NCBI RefSeq assembly: GCF_963921235.1
Contig: NC_086097.1
Coordinates: 213,096,001 to 213,160,000 of the forward strand
From: Mobula hypostoma
Lineage: Eukaryota
Direction of reading: 5' to 3'
DNA: 64,000 bases
Below the pieces are notes generated by a model. The model made no database searches and was not told the origin of the DNA. It was given only the letters and a program-made list of their open reading frames with translations. This document shows, one piece after another, positions 12,265 to 25,815 of this stretch. A program made the translations under genes and the position numbers. How positions within the stretch are numbered: position 1 is the stretch's first letter; each line of letters opens with the position of its first letter.

Positions 12265-15199
12265 GCACACAAATGCTGCCTTCTTGCTTGAGTTCTCCTC
12301 ATCTCATTTGGTTAGGGACAAGTTGATTTGTACTGGATTATACATTGGAATCTGCCATTTAAAATGTATTAGCAACAGTTTTATATATCCTCATGGCTCA
12401 AGAGGATTTATAAAAATGGCTTTTATTATTCCATAATAGAAGCAACAGTTAATATGTGCAATCATCTGTTAGTCAGTGATCTCAATTAAATACATGTGAC
12501 ATTTACAGAATGTCCTTCTCTTTCATTCAACTTGAACATCAGTTGAAATGCTCTGTCTCAGAAATATCCATTAGTTCCCTGTATATTCTTATTAATACTC
12601 ATTATGAAGAAATGTAGTTTTTATTACATATGTTTGGCAGAGCAGAAATTTCATGGTTTCTATGCAGCTAGCTTGACTTTGAGGTTTATAAATGGAGGGA
12701 GAAATGGAATAGAGTTAATTAATTCAAATTCAGTTGATCCATATACTGATTTAATTTGCTGTGTAAATGAGATTTAAGACTCCGGGCTAATTTTAGAATG
12801 ATTTCATAATGATGTGTGACATACATCTTACTTAATTACTACTATTTAGCATTTCTTTCAGAAAGTGATTTCTCACAGCTCTTACTCTAATCGGTCACTT
12901 CACAGCTAAAGCTAATTATTCTAGTTTAATTTTTCAGTACCAACAACTGATTAAGTAAGAATTTAATGCAGGTGTCGGCAGATCAAGGAAGCTGTATGTA
13001 TAACTTATTTGGTTTTATTTCTACAATATGTACTTACAGAGTTTTACCCACCTGTATTACTGTCAGATGTGCAGTATGTATCACATATTACATATTTACT
13101 GAAACGCTCAGACTAGACCTCAGGAAAGGTATGCCAAGATAACAGACCAATAAGTCAATTTACATTTATTTAAAAGCAGGCAATATATCACGTTCAGCCA
13201 AAGGAACAAAAAGGCATTATATATCTGAGCAACCAAAATAGAATCTTTAAATTTGGTTGATTCTTATTGCCTGAAGTTTTAGCAAAACTGAATAAAACGT
13301 TATTTGCTAAATCAGCTTTTTTGTATTTCTCTTGGGCTAAAGTTATAACTGATACACCTGCTTGAAACAGGTAAAACCAGCAAATAGGAATGAGACACTT
13401 TTTTCCCCTTAAACCAAGCTGATCAACAATGCAACTTTTCTATATATTACTTTTTAATGTTCTAGCTAGGCAGCAGGGTGAAGATGTGCACCCATTAGTA
13501 AATTCCATTGCAATGTTTAAGCATAAGTAGAGTGACAAGTATAAAAACAATCCTTTAGAAACTATGAAGATGCTGTTAAGTTCAGACATGGCTAATAATA
13601 CATCAGAAATAATACCATGGCTCATTTGACAAATTTAGTGTAAGTTTAGTCAAAAACTAAGATACCAGCTGGATTCGAATTACAGGTAAATGTTCATATT
13701 TATGAGCAAACTTATTTTACAGCAGTACTATTAATCTCCATTAATGAAGTTTTAGGAAATATAAGTTCATTTACAAAATTTGCTTAACATCACAATTGAG
13801 TTAATCATAAACTATTGTTGTCACTTTAACCTAAAATAATCTTTTTAATTATCTTACCTAAATTTTCATTTTCCCTCGAGGGGCTCTTCTTTTAAATCTT
13901 TAAATTTAGGAATAGTTCCATTTTGTTAGGTCAATTGTTTTCAATAATTCAAAAGTTATATCCTTTTACATAAATTAAATTTTTAATTTAAGTAACAAAA
14001 TTGATTAAGAAAAATACTCCTGGATGTTAACTACCTGCCCAACTAGATCAGTTCAGGGGCTACAGCCACACGGGAGCTATTTACTTTAAAACTAGGCCGA
14101 TAATGACAACGTCTTAGGCAATTTCCTTGGATAAATGCCATGACTAACAGCTGTCATTCACCAGGAGAAAGACGGGATATAGCCTGTTGGTATATCAAGT
14201 CAGTGGTGTAACAGAACGATAAAATATAAACATTTCTGTATATCTTTCCTAAGATCTTATTGACAGAGCCATCACAAGAGATGCAAACTAATTATGGGTG
14301 CTTTAGTGTAGTTATCTGACCGAAAAATTGGACTAGATCACTATACAGGATTTCCAGATGGTTTAATGGCCCCCTTTCAATAACAGGCCAATTTCAGAAT
14401 TTAGTTCCCTTCATAGTATTAGGGGTATGATGAACCCATATAACTGAATGCAGCAAGATCTCACAGTTAGCAATGAGATGAGCTGCCAGACAAAACAAAG
14501 AAATGCATGCCTACCACCAGACGTTAAACCATTCCATGAGATTTTATGATTACACCTAAGCAGGCAGTTGAATCATTGGCTTAACTCTTCATTATAACAA
14601 AATACTCCTCACAACAATGAAGGGTGTAGCTATAAAGTTGCTGGGCAGGTAGTCATAGTCCTGAACCATTGATCTAGACACGAGTTTAAATTTCCAGTCT
14701 CTGTAATGTTCCAGAAATTGCTGGTATTTTATAACTTATTTGTCTCAGTAATGTCCTTCACAAAAGGAACTCCAACATGGTCTAGTCTTTATGCAATCTC
14801 AGACCCATAAATGCAGATGGCTCTTAACTGTTTCTTCAGTTCAAGAGCATTGAGGGACTAACAAATCTGAGCAACAACAACAGCATTCATATTCAACTAA
14901 ACAAAAACTCCACTCCTGTCTAGATCACATACACTCATCTGGATTGGAGTTTAAATCCATTGATTCTAATTCAATAATGAAGAGTCCTATTACTGTGCCT
15001 TGGCTGAACATTCAATAGTAAATATGGCTAGCTCATTTCAATGCACTGTCAGTGAGAGATGAAGTACAAGGTCAACAAGACTCAGAACTGCAGGTAAAAA
15101 TACATGTTGCAGTAATTAGCTACATTTAACTAAACTTATTTTTCAAAAAATACAATTGAGGTGCAGAAGATTCGAATTTTATTATTTATCTGTCATACT

Positions 15200-16035
15200 G
15201 GTGCCAAGCAAACTAACCTCTTCCTTAATGCCAACAAGATAAAAGGAATAGTTACCAACTGCATGAGAACTTGCACCACTCACAGCTTCCTTACATCAGT
15301 GACACGGCAGTGGAAACTGCAAGTAGTTTCAAACTCCTGGAAGTGCATATCACAAACAGCCTCTCGTGGCCCCAGAACACATCCTATAGAGTCATGGAAG
15401 CTCACCAATGCCTCGACCTTCTGAGGAGTCTGAAGACAGCTGGACTTTGCACATCATTCTACTGATGAGCGGTAGATAGCATCCTGACAAACTGCATCAC
15501 TGCCTGGTATGGAAACTGCACTGCAGCAGACAGGAAAACTCTACAACGGGTAGTCAAAACAGCCCAACACATCACCAACACCAGTCTACCCACCTTCAAG
15601 GATATATATACAGAAAGGTGCCAGAAAAGGACCAGTAACATACTGAAGTATCCTGCAAAACCTGTTCATGGACTGTTCATCCCATTCCCATTAGGTAGCA
15701 TCCACACCCAGAACACCAGCCTCAAAAATAGTTACTTTTCCCAAACAGCAAAGCTGATCAGCACCTCCACCCACTAACTTCACCACAACTTTATTATTTC
15801 CCATTAGTCACCTAGCATCACTTCAAGAAATCAAAAATCAGAAATTTTTCATGGACATATAATCAATCTATGTGTATAAGCAATTAAATGCATTTAGATT
15901 TATTGTGTGTGTCTTTTATTATTGTTATTGTTTCCCTTACCTTTTGTTTTATGTTCGTGCGGCAACAGATCCAGAGTAAAAATTATTACGTTCTCCTTAC
16001 ATTCGTGTATAGGAAATAACATTAAACAATCTTGA
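15200..16035 (+). mobile_element. Degraded Rex1/Babar 3' fragment
   Basis: Remnants of VE…FK.L.V.IT..LSW and SILT.CITAWYGNC, with a terminal ATTAAACAATCTTGAGTC tail. Confidence 0.75.
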
Positions 16036-17868
16036 GTCTTTTGAACAGTGGTAAAACTAACAGAAAAATTGTGTCCTTCTATGGAAAGTACTTTCAGAAT
16101 GTCCAATGGGGTTTCCAAGAAGTTAATCAAGCAATAATACTTGTGTTTTGGTTAGTACTAGAGAAGTGCAGGACCAGCAGAGCTGTTGCAGTTAGTCTGG
16201 TGATTCATCGCAGCACATTAGTTAAGGAAAGCGAGAATTTAATGAGCTTTTGCCGCAAGTGGCATCAAGTTTTTTTTAAGAGGACCCATCCCTTCACAGG
16301 AATGGTAGATTCTGGCAAGTCTTTAACTGAGTCAAATGATGAGCTACCCAAGTAAGAACATACAAGCTATTCTGATTTTAATTTATTTTTTTGTTCATGA
16401 TTAGTCCAGATAGTTTTGATTATGCACAACACCCAACAATACTGATAGGAGATTTAATAACAATTGCACTGAACAGCCCGTAGATGTCTACATCCATCCT
16501 TAATAACCATTGGCATTTTTGTAGTTTGATTGTTACTGGTTGCACCCATGGTGACTCATATTGGATGTTGTTCAGGTATGGTACCTGGACACAAGGTCCT
16601 TTACTGTTGTGAATAGTACTGAATATGACATAATGTTTGACCTCCCAGCTATTTCTAATATTTCTACAGTCTCAAAAAGACTAGTTGTGCAACCTGTGAA
16701 AAAACACATTATCATAATTAGCACTGCTAATTAACACAAACACAAAAATTCTGAAGCATCATCGATTTGAATTGCAAAGGAAAACAAGTGGATAGAAACA
16801 CAGATGAATAAAGGACTGATGTAGCATTTGTGCAAATTAGTCAATGTTCATGGGTTGGAATCAAATTCCAAAAGCATTTTTCTTCGGGTTAAATTTCTCA
16901 AAATCAGAGAAAGATGACCTGCATCAAAATTGTTCATGTTTCCTCCCGAGAACGGTGCTGCTGTACGTTGATCACCAAGCTCAAGTTCACAGTAATTATG
17001 CTGCCAAAAATCCTGTTCACAACGTGCAAAGAAAGGAAAAAAATTACAGAATGGTGTACTAACTTTGAATCTAACTTAACTGGAGGACTGATCAATACAG
17101 ATCATTGTGACTCTATTTAGGATCTGCCAATACAAGCTCCCAATAATCTTACAAACTCATTTGCCGTATTTAGATATAACCCTTAATGCCATCCCTTGAT
17201 CTCTCTGATGCACATATCAAATTGCTTGCCACTGGCCACACTAGGCAGGATCTCACAGGAAATCGACAGCCATTGCAGTTGTTATGTGCACGTGTAGTCA
17301 AGTGCAGGTGTGTCAAACTTACTTGGTGGTAACAAGCACTGCACTCCGAAAGACACACTGCTGCCAGTCTCCCTGTGAATTTCAACAGTGGACCTCAATC
17401 TCACTGAAATTCCCTCATGTTTGTTCTGAAGGAAAAGGATATGCAAAGCTGCACTACAAATATATACCATCAAAAATGCTATCAGGGCATTGCTGAAAGG
17501 AAGGAAGTTATTGCTCTTCAAATATCATCCTAAGAACAAAATTAATTCCTTTGAAAATACAAAAAGATATATTACATATGGGCCACAAGAATAATAATAC
17601 AAAGAGAAACAAACCTATTGGAACTGTAAAAAATGTGAAGAGCAAACTAGGACTTTTTATATAGTGTACTTAAAATTTAAAGAGCCATTTTATAATCTTT
17701 ATTGCAAAAAGAAAGTAGATATAGATAATAAAAATTGAAGCATAAAAACTACTTTAAAGCATCTAGGTACAGAAATTAATTTAAAACATTAAGCAAAATA
17801 AATACCGTATCAATCCAGGTTGGGATCCCTATTCAAGTTAATGGGCTGTGCTGCCTATATACAATGTA

Positions 17869-18070
17869 CACTCAGTGGCCACTTTATTAGGTACTCCCAC
17901 ACATTAGTGCAAATATTTAATTAGCCAATCATCTGGTAGTAATTTAATGCATAAAAAGCAGGTAGACGTGGTCAAGAGGTTCAGTTTCGGACAAAACATT
18001 AGAATGGGGAAAGAAATGTGATCTCAGTGACTTTGACCGTGGAGTGATTGTAGGTGCCAGAAGGGATTTG
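17869..18070 (+). mobile_element. Tc1-like fragment, same TIR family as 6565-7141
   Basis: Starts TA|CACTCAGTGGCCACTTTATTAGGTAC. Confidence 0.75.
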
Positions 18071-18464
18071 AGTGGGACATGAGATGTGGCAGCACCTGTG
18101 GTTTTGCTCCTTCCTGTCTTTTACATTGCAGTGGATTGACAAGGTGTTTCTTTTACTTAATGTTCTAAATTAATTTCTATACTTAGATTTAAAGTAATTT
18201 TTCATGTTTCAATGTTTGATTAAATCTATTTTGACTGTTTTTAAATACTTCTGATTATTAAGAGGCAGAAGTTGACCCATGCACTGCAACAAGTCATGTA
18301 GGCCAGCAGCCTGCAAGCAGTGCAATTCAACTTGTTGATAAAATCCTGTCATGTTATAATACAATATTAACCAAAATAGCATCCAAGATTCACTAGTATA
18401 TCTACATTCTATTGCATTGTTCTCTTCACCATTTAAAAGCTGGCAGAACTATCCAGCACATAAT

Positions 18465-19505
18465 TCAGCCTTGATTCAGCAAGGGCAGGTCCTATTGAAT
18501 AAACTTACTAGAGTTCTTTGAGGATATAATGAGTGCAGTGGATAGGGGAGAGTAGGGGAATATTTAGATTATCAGAAGGTGTACAATAAGGTGCCATGTA
18601 AGGATGCATGGAGTTTGGGGTAATGTATCAGCATGGATAGAGTATTGGTTAATCAAAAGAAGGCAGAGAGTTGGGATAAATGGACCTTCCTCTGTTTGGA
18701 AGTCAGTGACAAACAACGTGCGACAGGAATAAGTACTGAGTTTGCAACTGTTCACGATATACATCAACAATTTGGAAGAGAGTACAGGGTGTAGCATATC
18801 TAAGTTTGCTGATAACCAAGTTGAGTAGAAAAGCAAATTGTGCAGAGGATGTGGAGAGTTTGTAGAGAGATATACAGTAGATAGGTTAAGTGAGTGGGCA
18901 AGGATCTGCCAGATAGAGTACAATGTTGACAAATACGTTCACCTAATTGGGAAGGAAAAACAGATCTGATTAGTATTTAAATAGTGAAAGTTAGCAACAT
19001 GCTGTTGCGCAGAGAGTCTTGGGAGTGCTGATGCATGCATAAGGTTGACTTGTAGGTGAAACAGACTATCAAAATGTTAGCCTTCACTACTAGAGACATC
19101 AAATTTAAAAGCAGGGAAGTTATGCTGCAACTGTACACAGTACTGGTGAGGCTACACCTTGAGTACTGTATGCAGTTCAGGTCGATCTTGGCAATGTTTG
19201 GGGGGGAGGGTGGTGGGGAGTTAGCCTTTGAGGAGAGATTGAGTTGCCTATATTCAGGAAGTAGATTTAGCATGAAGAATAAGAAGAACAGCATTTCTTA
19301 ACAGTAGTGAATGTGAGGAATTCTCAGCCCAGGAAAAAGTTAATGCTACTTCATTAAATATATTGATGGCAGAATTAGACTGTTGCACATTAAGGGTTAT
19401 GGAAAAAAGATAGGTAGGTGGGGCTGAGTCCACGATCAGATCGGCAAGATCTTGAATGATGAAATCAGTCTTATCAGGCCATCTGGCCTACCACTGCTCC
19501 TAGAG
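18465..19505 (+). mobile_element. Old degraded CR1 3' fragment
   Basis: ORF 19056 encodes MLQLYTVLVRLHLEYCMQF, and a CR1 tail lies near 19500. Confidence 0.75.
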
Positions 19506-20720
19506 CAAGGAAGAATAAGAGCATTTCAGCCCTTTGGCTCCTCTAGTCCATGTCAAACTGTGATTCTGCCTAGTTCCATTGACCCGATCTGCTCCGGGAC
19601 CATAGCCCTCCATCCCCGTCCCATCCATGAACTGATCCAAACTGGCAATTGATGTTGCAATTGAATCTGCATCTGTCACTTCTGCTGGCAGCTCATTACC
19701 CACTCACATCTCAGTCTGAGTCAAGATGTCGCCCCCGCCCGCCGGTTCCCCTTAAACACTTCATGTTCCACTCTTAACCGATGACCTCTAGTCCTAGTTT
19801 CAGCTAACCTACTTGCATTAACCCTATCTACACCCCTCAAATTTATACATCTCTCCCCTCATTCTCCTACACTCCAATGAATAAATTTCAAATCTACTCA
19901 ACCCTTCCCTTTAACTCAGGTCCTCAAGTTCCAGCAACATCCTCGTGAATTTTCTCTACACTCTTCTAAGTTTATTGATAACTTCCCTGTAGGTAGGTGA
20001 CCAGAACTGCACAAAATACTCCAAAGTGCAAAACCTCACACTTGTCTGCATTAAATTCCACCTGCCATTTTTCAGCCTGTTTTTCCAGCGGGTCCAGATC
20101 CCGCTGCAAGTTTTGATAGACCTCCTTGCTGTCCACTACGCACCTGATATAGGTGCCATCCACAAATATGCTGACACAGTTTACCATACTGTCATTCATA
20201 TCAACGATTTACCCAGCACCAATCCCTGCAGCACACCACTAGCCACAGGCCTCCAGTCATCTACCATCAATCTAGCTTCTCCCACAAAGCCATTGTCAAA
20301 TCCAATTTATGAACTTAATCCTGAAAGCCAAGCAACTAAAACTTCTTGACCAATCTCTCCAGTGAGATCTTAGTAAAAATCTTGGTAAAATCCATGTAGA
20401 CAACATCCATTGCCTTTCCTTCATCAACTTTCCAGGTAACCACTTCCGAAAGACTCTGATTGGTTAGACACAACCTACAGTGCATAAAGGCATGTTGACT
20501 GTCTCTAATCAGGCCCTAGCTACACAAATAATTATATAGATGGTCCCTTAGAATACCATCCAATAATTTATCCACTACTGATGTCAGGCTTACCAGCCTA
20601 TAATTTACCAGCTTATTCCTAGAACCTTTCTTCAACAACAGAACAACATTAGCTACAGTATCATCTGGCACTTCACCCGTGGCTAAGGAGGTTTTAAGTG
20701 CCTCTGCCAGGGTCCTGTAA
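19506..20720 (-). mobile_element. Degraded CR1 fragment
   Basis: ORFs 19972 (LQRDLD.LEK.AEKWQVEFNADKCEVLHFG) and 20516 (NYRLVSLTSVV). Confidence 0.85.
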
Positions 20721-20724
20721 TTTG

Positions 20725-23700
20725 GACCATAAGACATGGGGGGCAGAATTAAGCCACTCAGCCCATCAAGTCAGCTCTGACATTCCATCATGGCTGATTT
20801 ATTATCCCTCTGACCCCATTCTCCTGTCTTCTCCCTGTAACATTTGATATCCTGACTAACCAAGAACCTGTCAACCTCCACATTAAATATACTCAATAAC
20901 TCAATAATTTGACCTCCATAGCAGTCCATGGAAATGAAATTTCGACTCATATCTGTTCTAAATGGATATCCCTCTATTCTGAAACAACAGAAAACATCTA
21001 TCTAGGGCTTTCAATATTCAATATGTTTCAATGAGATCCCAGCTCATTCTTCTAAACTCCAGTGAGTATAACCCCAGAGTCATCAGATGCTCTTCATATG
21101 TTAATCCTTTCATTCTTAGAGTCATGCTCGTGAAACTCCTCTGGATCCTCTCCACTGCCAGCACATCTTTTCATAGATAAGGGACCAAAAACTGCTCACA
21201 ATGCTCCTAATGTGGTCTAACCAAAGCCATATAAAGCATCAGCATCACATCCCTGCTGTTATATTCTAGTCCACTTGAAATGAATGTTAACATTGCATTT
21301 GCTTTCCTTACAACCAATTCAACCTGCAAGTTAACCTTTAGGGAATCTTGCTCAAGGACTCCCAAGTCCCTTTGCACCTCAGATTTTTAAAATTTTCTCC
21401 CATTTAGAAAATAGTCTATGCCTTTACTCCTTCTACCAAATGCATGACCATACACTCCGCTACACTGTATTCCATCTGCTACTTTTTTGTCCATTCTCCC
21501 AATCCAGGTTTTTTGCAGATTTCCTGTTTCCTCAACACTAGCTGCCCCTCCACCTTTCTTTGTATCGTCTGCAGACCTGGCCACAAAGACATCAATTCCA
21601 ACATCCAAATCGTTGACATATAACATGAAAAGAAGCGGTACCAACACTGACTCCTGTGAACACAACTTGTCACTGGCAGTCAACCAGAATAGGTCCCATT
21701 TATTCCCACTCTTTGCCTCCTACCTTTCAGCTAATCTTCTGTCTGCGCTATATCTTTCCAGTAATACTGTGGACCCCTATCTTGTAAAGCAGCCTCATAT
21801 GCAGTACCTTGTGGAAGGCCTTCTGAAAATCCAAGTAAACACCCACTGACCTCTCCTTTCTGGTATTTCCTCAAAAAATTTCAATGGATTTGTCAGGCAA
21901 GATTTCCCCTAAGGAAATATGGGAAAACTATGCTGAGTTTGGCCCACTTTATCATGCACCTCCAGTATGCTGAAAACTCATTCTTAATAATGGACTCCAG
22001 CATCTGCCCAACTACTAAAGTCAGGATAACTGAACATATTTTTTTTTCCTCGCAAACACAAGGAAATCTGCAGACGCTGGAATTTCAAGCAACACACACA
22101 AAATGCTGGCGGAACGCAGCAGGCCAGACAGCATCCATAGGAAGAAGCACAGTCGACGTTTCGGGCCGAGACCCTTCGTCGGGAACGTCAACTAGCACAA
22201 AATACTTATTAAGTTTGTTCACCATTTCTTTATTCCCATTACAACCTCTCCTCTGTCATTTTCTGGAGATTCAATATCCACTCTCATCTCTCTTTTACCC
22301 TTTATATAGCTGAAAAATCTTCTGGTGTCCTTTCATATTATTAGCTAGCTTACCTTCATATTTCAGCCTTTCCCTCCTTATGTTTTTTTTCCAAGTTGCC
22401 TTTATTTGATTTTCAAAAGCTTCCCAATTCTCTAACTTTGTACTAGTTTTTGCTCTATATGCCCTCTCTTTTGCATTTATATTGCCTTTGACATCCCCCC
22501 TCAACCATGATTGCCTCATCCCCCCTTTACAAAACTTCTTCATCTTTTGGGTGTGCCTATCCTGCACCTTCCACATTGCCCCAGAAGCTCCAGCCATTGC
22601 TGTTTTACCCCCTTTCCAATCAATTTTAGTCAGTTCCTTTCTCAGGTTCGGAATTCTCTTTAATCCACTGAAATACTGAAACACCTGACTTTATCTTCTC
22701 CCTCTCAAACTGCAGGATAAACTCTGTCATATTATGATTAATGCCTTCTAAGGGTTCTTTTACCTTAAGCTCCCTAATCAAATCTGGTTCATTACATATC
22801 ACCCAACTCAGAATAGCCTTTCGTCTCATGGATTCAACCACGAGCTGCTCTAAAAAGCCATCTTGTCGGCACTCTAGAAATTCCAGCTCTTAGGATCCAG
22901 CACCAACCTGATTTTCCCCAATCTAAAGGCATGTTGAAATCACCCATGACTATCTCAACATTGCCCTTGTTACATGCCTTTTCTTTCTCTTGTAGTAATT
23001 TATATCCCACACTGTTTGGACGCCTGTATACAACTCCATCAGGATCTTTTTATCCTTGCAGTTTCTTAACTCTACCACCAAGGAATTTACATCTTGTCTA
23101 TGTCTATGTCATCTCTGTCTAAGGATTTGATTTCATTTTTTACCAACAGGGCTTCCCCACCCCCTCTGCCTACCTGCCTATCCTTTCAATACAAGGTGTA
23201 TCCTTGGATGTGAAGCTCCCAATATTGATCTTCTTTCAGCCACGTCTCAGTGATGCCAACTACATCATACCTGCGTTACAAGATTATCTTCCTTATTCCA
23301 TAAACTGCTTGCATTCAAATATAACTCCGACATTCCTGTATTCATGCCCTTTTTGATTTTTGCCTCCATGTTACATCAGCTAGTGCCACTGACTGCAATT
23401 TTGCCCAGTCATCTGCCTGTCCTTCCTCACAGGCTCAATACACACTGCATTTTCTTCTATGCTGTTTGTCCCATCACTCCGGTTCCTATCCCCCTACCAA
23501 ATTAGGTTAAAACCTCCTCAACAGCTCTAGCTAACCTGCCCACAAGGAGATTGGTCCCCCTTGGGTTCATGAGCAGTCCGTCTTGTTTGTACGGATCATA
23601 CCTTCCACAGAAGGGACTCCAATGATCCAGAAACCTGAAACCCTGCACCCTGCCCCGCTTCCTCAGCCACTCATTCATCTGTATTATTATCCTATTCTTG

Positions 23701-24420
23701 CCCTGAGTATCACGTGATACTGGAAGTAATCCAGTGATTACTTCCTTGGAGATCCTACTATTCAGTCTCTTCCCTATCTCCCTCCACTCACTGCGCAGGA
23801 CCTCTTCCCCCTTTCTACCCATGTCATTGATGCCAATGTGCACCACGGCCTCTGGCAGCACACCCTCCCTCTTGAGAATCCTCTGCAGTTGCTCTGAGAC
23901 ATCCTGCACCCTAGCACCTGGAAGGCAACACACCATCCTGGCTTCTCTTCTGAAGCCACAGAATCTACTGTTTAGTTCCCTATCAAGGCTCCTATGACTA
24001 TCGCTCTGCCTGATTTTACCCTTCCCTGTTGAGCCTCACAGCTGGTCACAGTGCCACTGGCGTGGCTGCTGTTGCTGTGTCCTGATAGGTCAACTCTCTC
24101 CCCAACCACCAGCAGCAGTATTTAAAAGGGCGTACTTATTGCTGATGGGAACGGCCTCAGGGAAGCCCTGCATTGTCTGTTTACTCCCTATACTTTTTCT
24201 GGTGGTCACCCATCTACTAACTAAAGCCTACACTCTGGGTGTGACTACCTCAGCAAAAGTCTCATCGATGATGTTCTCAGCCTCCGGTTTGGTCCTGAGT
24301 ACATCCAGCTTCAGCTCCAGTTCCTTGACCTTGTCAGTCAGGAGCTGAAGTTTGGTGCACTTCCCGTAGTTGTCATTAGAGAGACCACAGGTACCCTGAA
24401 ATCTCAAATCTCATAGGAGG
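20725..24420 (-). mobile_element. Degraded, internally deleted, near full-length CR1 including an ORF1 with an SGNH/GDSL esterase-like domain
   Basis: The 3' tail lies near 20730. RT remnants are in ORF 21387 and endonuclease remnants in ORFs 22626 and 22295. ORF 23502 encodes CLPGARVQDV…VVHIG.ND…DGL.MN..G. It may be a composite of two copies. Confidence 0.8.
22053..22186 (-). mobile_element. Short Penelope-derived insertion with a degenerate hammerhead core (CCGACGA)
   Basis: Reverse complement reads ccgacga-agggtctcggccc-gaaac-gtc-gact, followed by the family tail. Confidence 0.8.
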
Positions 24421-24682
24421 AACATTCCACTGCCTAGGCTACTGCCCTGTACTTGTTGTACTTGCCCCGCAAAAGGTCCAAAGGTTTTTATTTGATCAAG
24501 GGAATTTATGCACCCTAATTTGCCTCAATCACCTCCTCTTCTGTAATCTATAGACCATGACCTCAGATCTATAGAGAGAATCCATCTCCCACATTACTAC
24601 AGATGCCAAAAAAAAAAGCACTTAAGACCTCTCCCATCTCTTTCAGCTCCATGCCTAGATGGGCACGCTGATCTTTCAGTAG

Positions 24683-25815
24683 ATCACAAACCTTTGGTGA
24701 CAATTATTCAAGAATAATGACAAAAGAAAATGTAGGAGCTGTTGCATTGATTTAATTGGTTGCATTGTTGTCAATCAAATATATTTCTTACATTTACTTA
24801 TTCAGCCACTTATTGGATTGTGTAAAATATAAATTGGCATGTGTCTGGTGAATTACTTTAAAACCATACCAAACAAGTTGAAGATCTCAACCAATTTATC
24901 TAAATTTGATTTCAGTGGATGCTGATTTTGCCCTTTGCTATCCTTTTGCTCCTAATATCTCTAGCATAGCGTTCCTTCGGATTCTTTTTTACTTTGTCTG
25001 CCAAAGCAACCTCTAGCCTTCTTTTAGCTCTCCTGATTTCCCTCTTAAGTGTTCTCTTGCATTTCTTATATTCCTCAAGTGCCTTGTTTGTATCTTGCTG
25101 CCTATGGCTACAATGCATCTCCTTCTTCTTAACCAGAGCCTTGCAATCTCTCAAAAATCAAAGTTCCTTAAACTCGTTTGCCTTGCCTTTTAGTCTAACA
25201 GGAACATAAAAACTATCTACTCTCAAAATTTCATTTTTGAAAGACTCTCACTTACTAAGCACACCTTTGCCAGAAAACAACATATCCCAATCCACAGCTG
25301 CCAGATGTTTTCTGATACCATCAAAATTAGCCTTTCGCCAACTTAGAATCTCAACCCAAGGCCCAATCCTATCCTTCTCCATAATTATCTAGAAATTAAT
25401 GGAATTATGATAACGAGTTACAAAGTGTTATCCTACACACACTTCTGCCACCTGCCCTGTCTCAGTCCCTAAAAGAAGATCTAGATTTGCACTCTCTGGT
25501 TGGTACCTCTACATATTGATTAAGGAAACTTTCCTGAACACATTTGACACACTATCCCATCCAGTCCAACAAAGAGTTTCCACTGAAATCAAATTTAGAT
25601 AAATTGGTTGAGATCTTCAACTTGTTTGGTATGGTTTTAAAGCAATTCACCAGACACATGCCAATTTATATTTTACACAATCCAATAAGTGGCTGAATAA
25701 GTAAATGTAAGAAATATATTTGATTGACAACAATGCAACCAATTAAATCAATGCAACAGCTCCTACATTTTCTTTTGTCATTATTCTTGAATAATTGTCA
25801 CCAAAGGTTTGTGAT
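24683..25815. repeat. 237-bp inverted repeat (24683-24919 / 25579-25815) flanking a 659-bp CR1 fragment
   Basis: The arms are reverse complements; I found one mismatch by eye. Confidence 0.95.
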
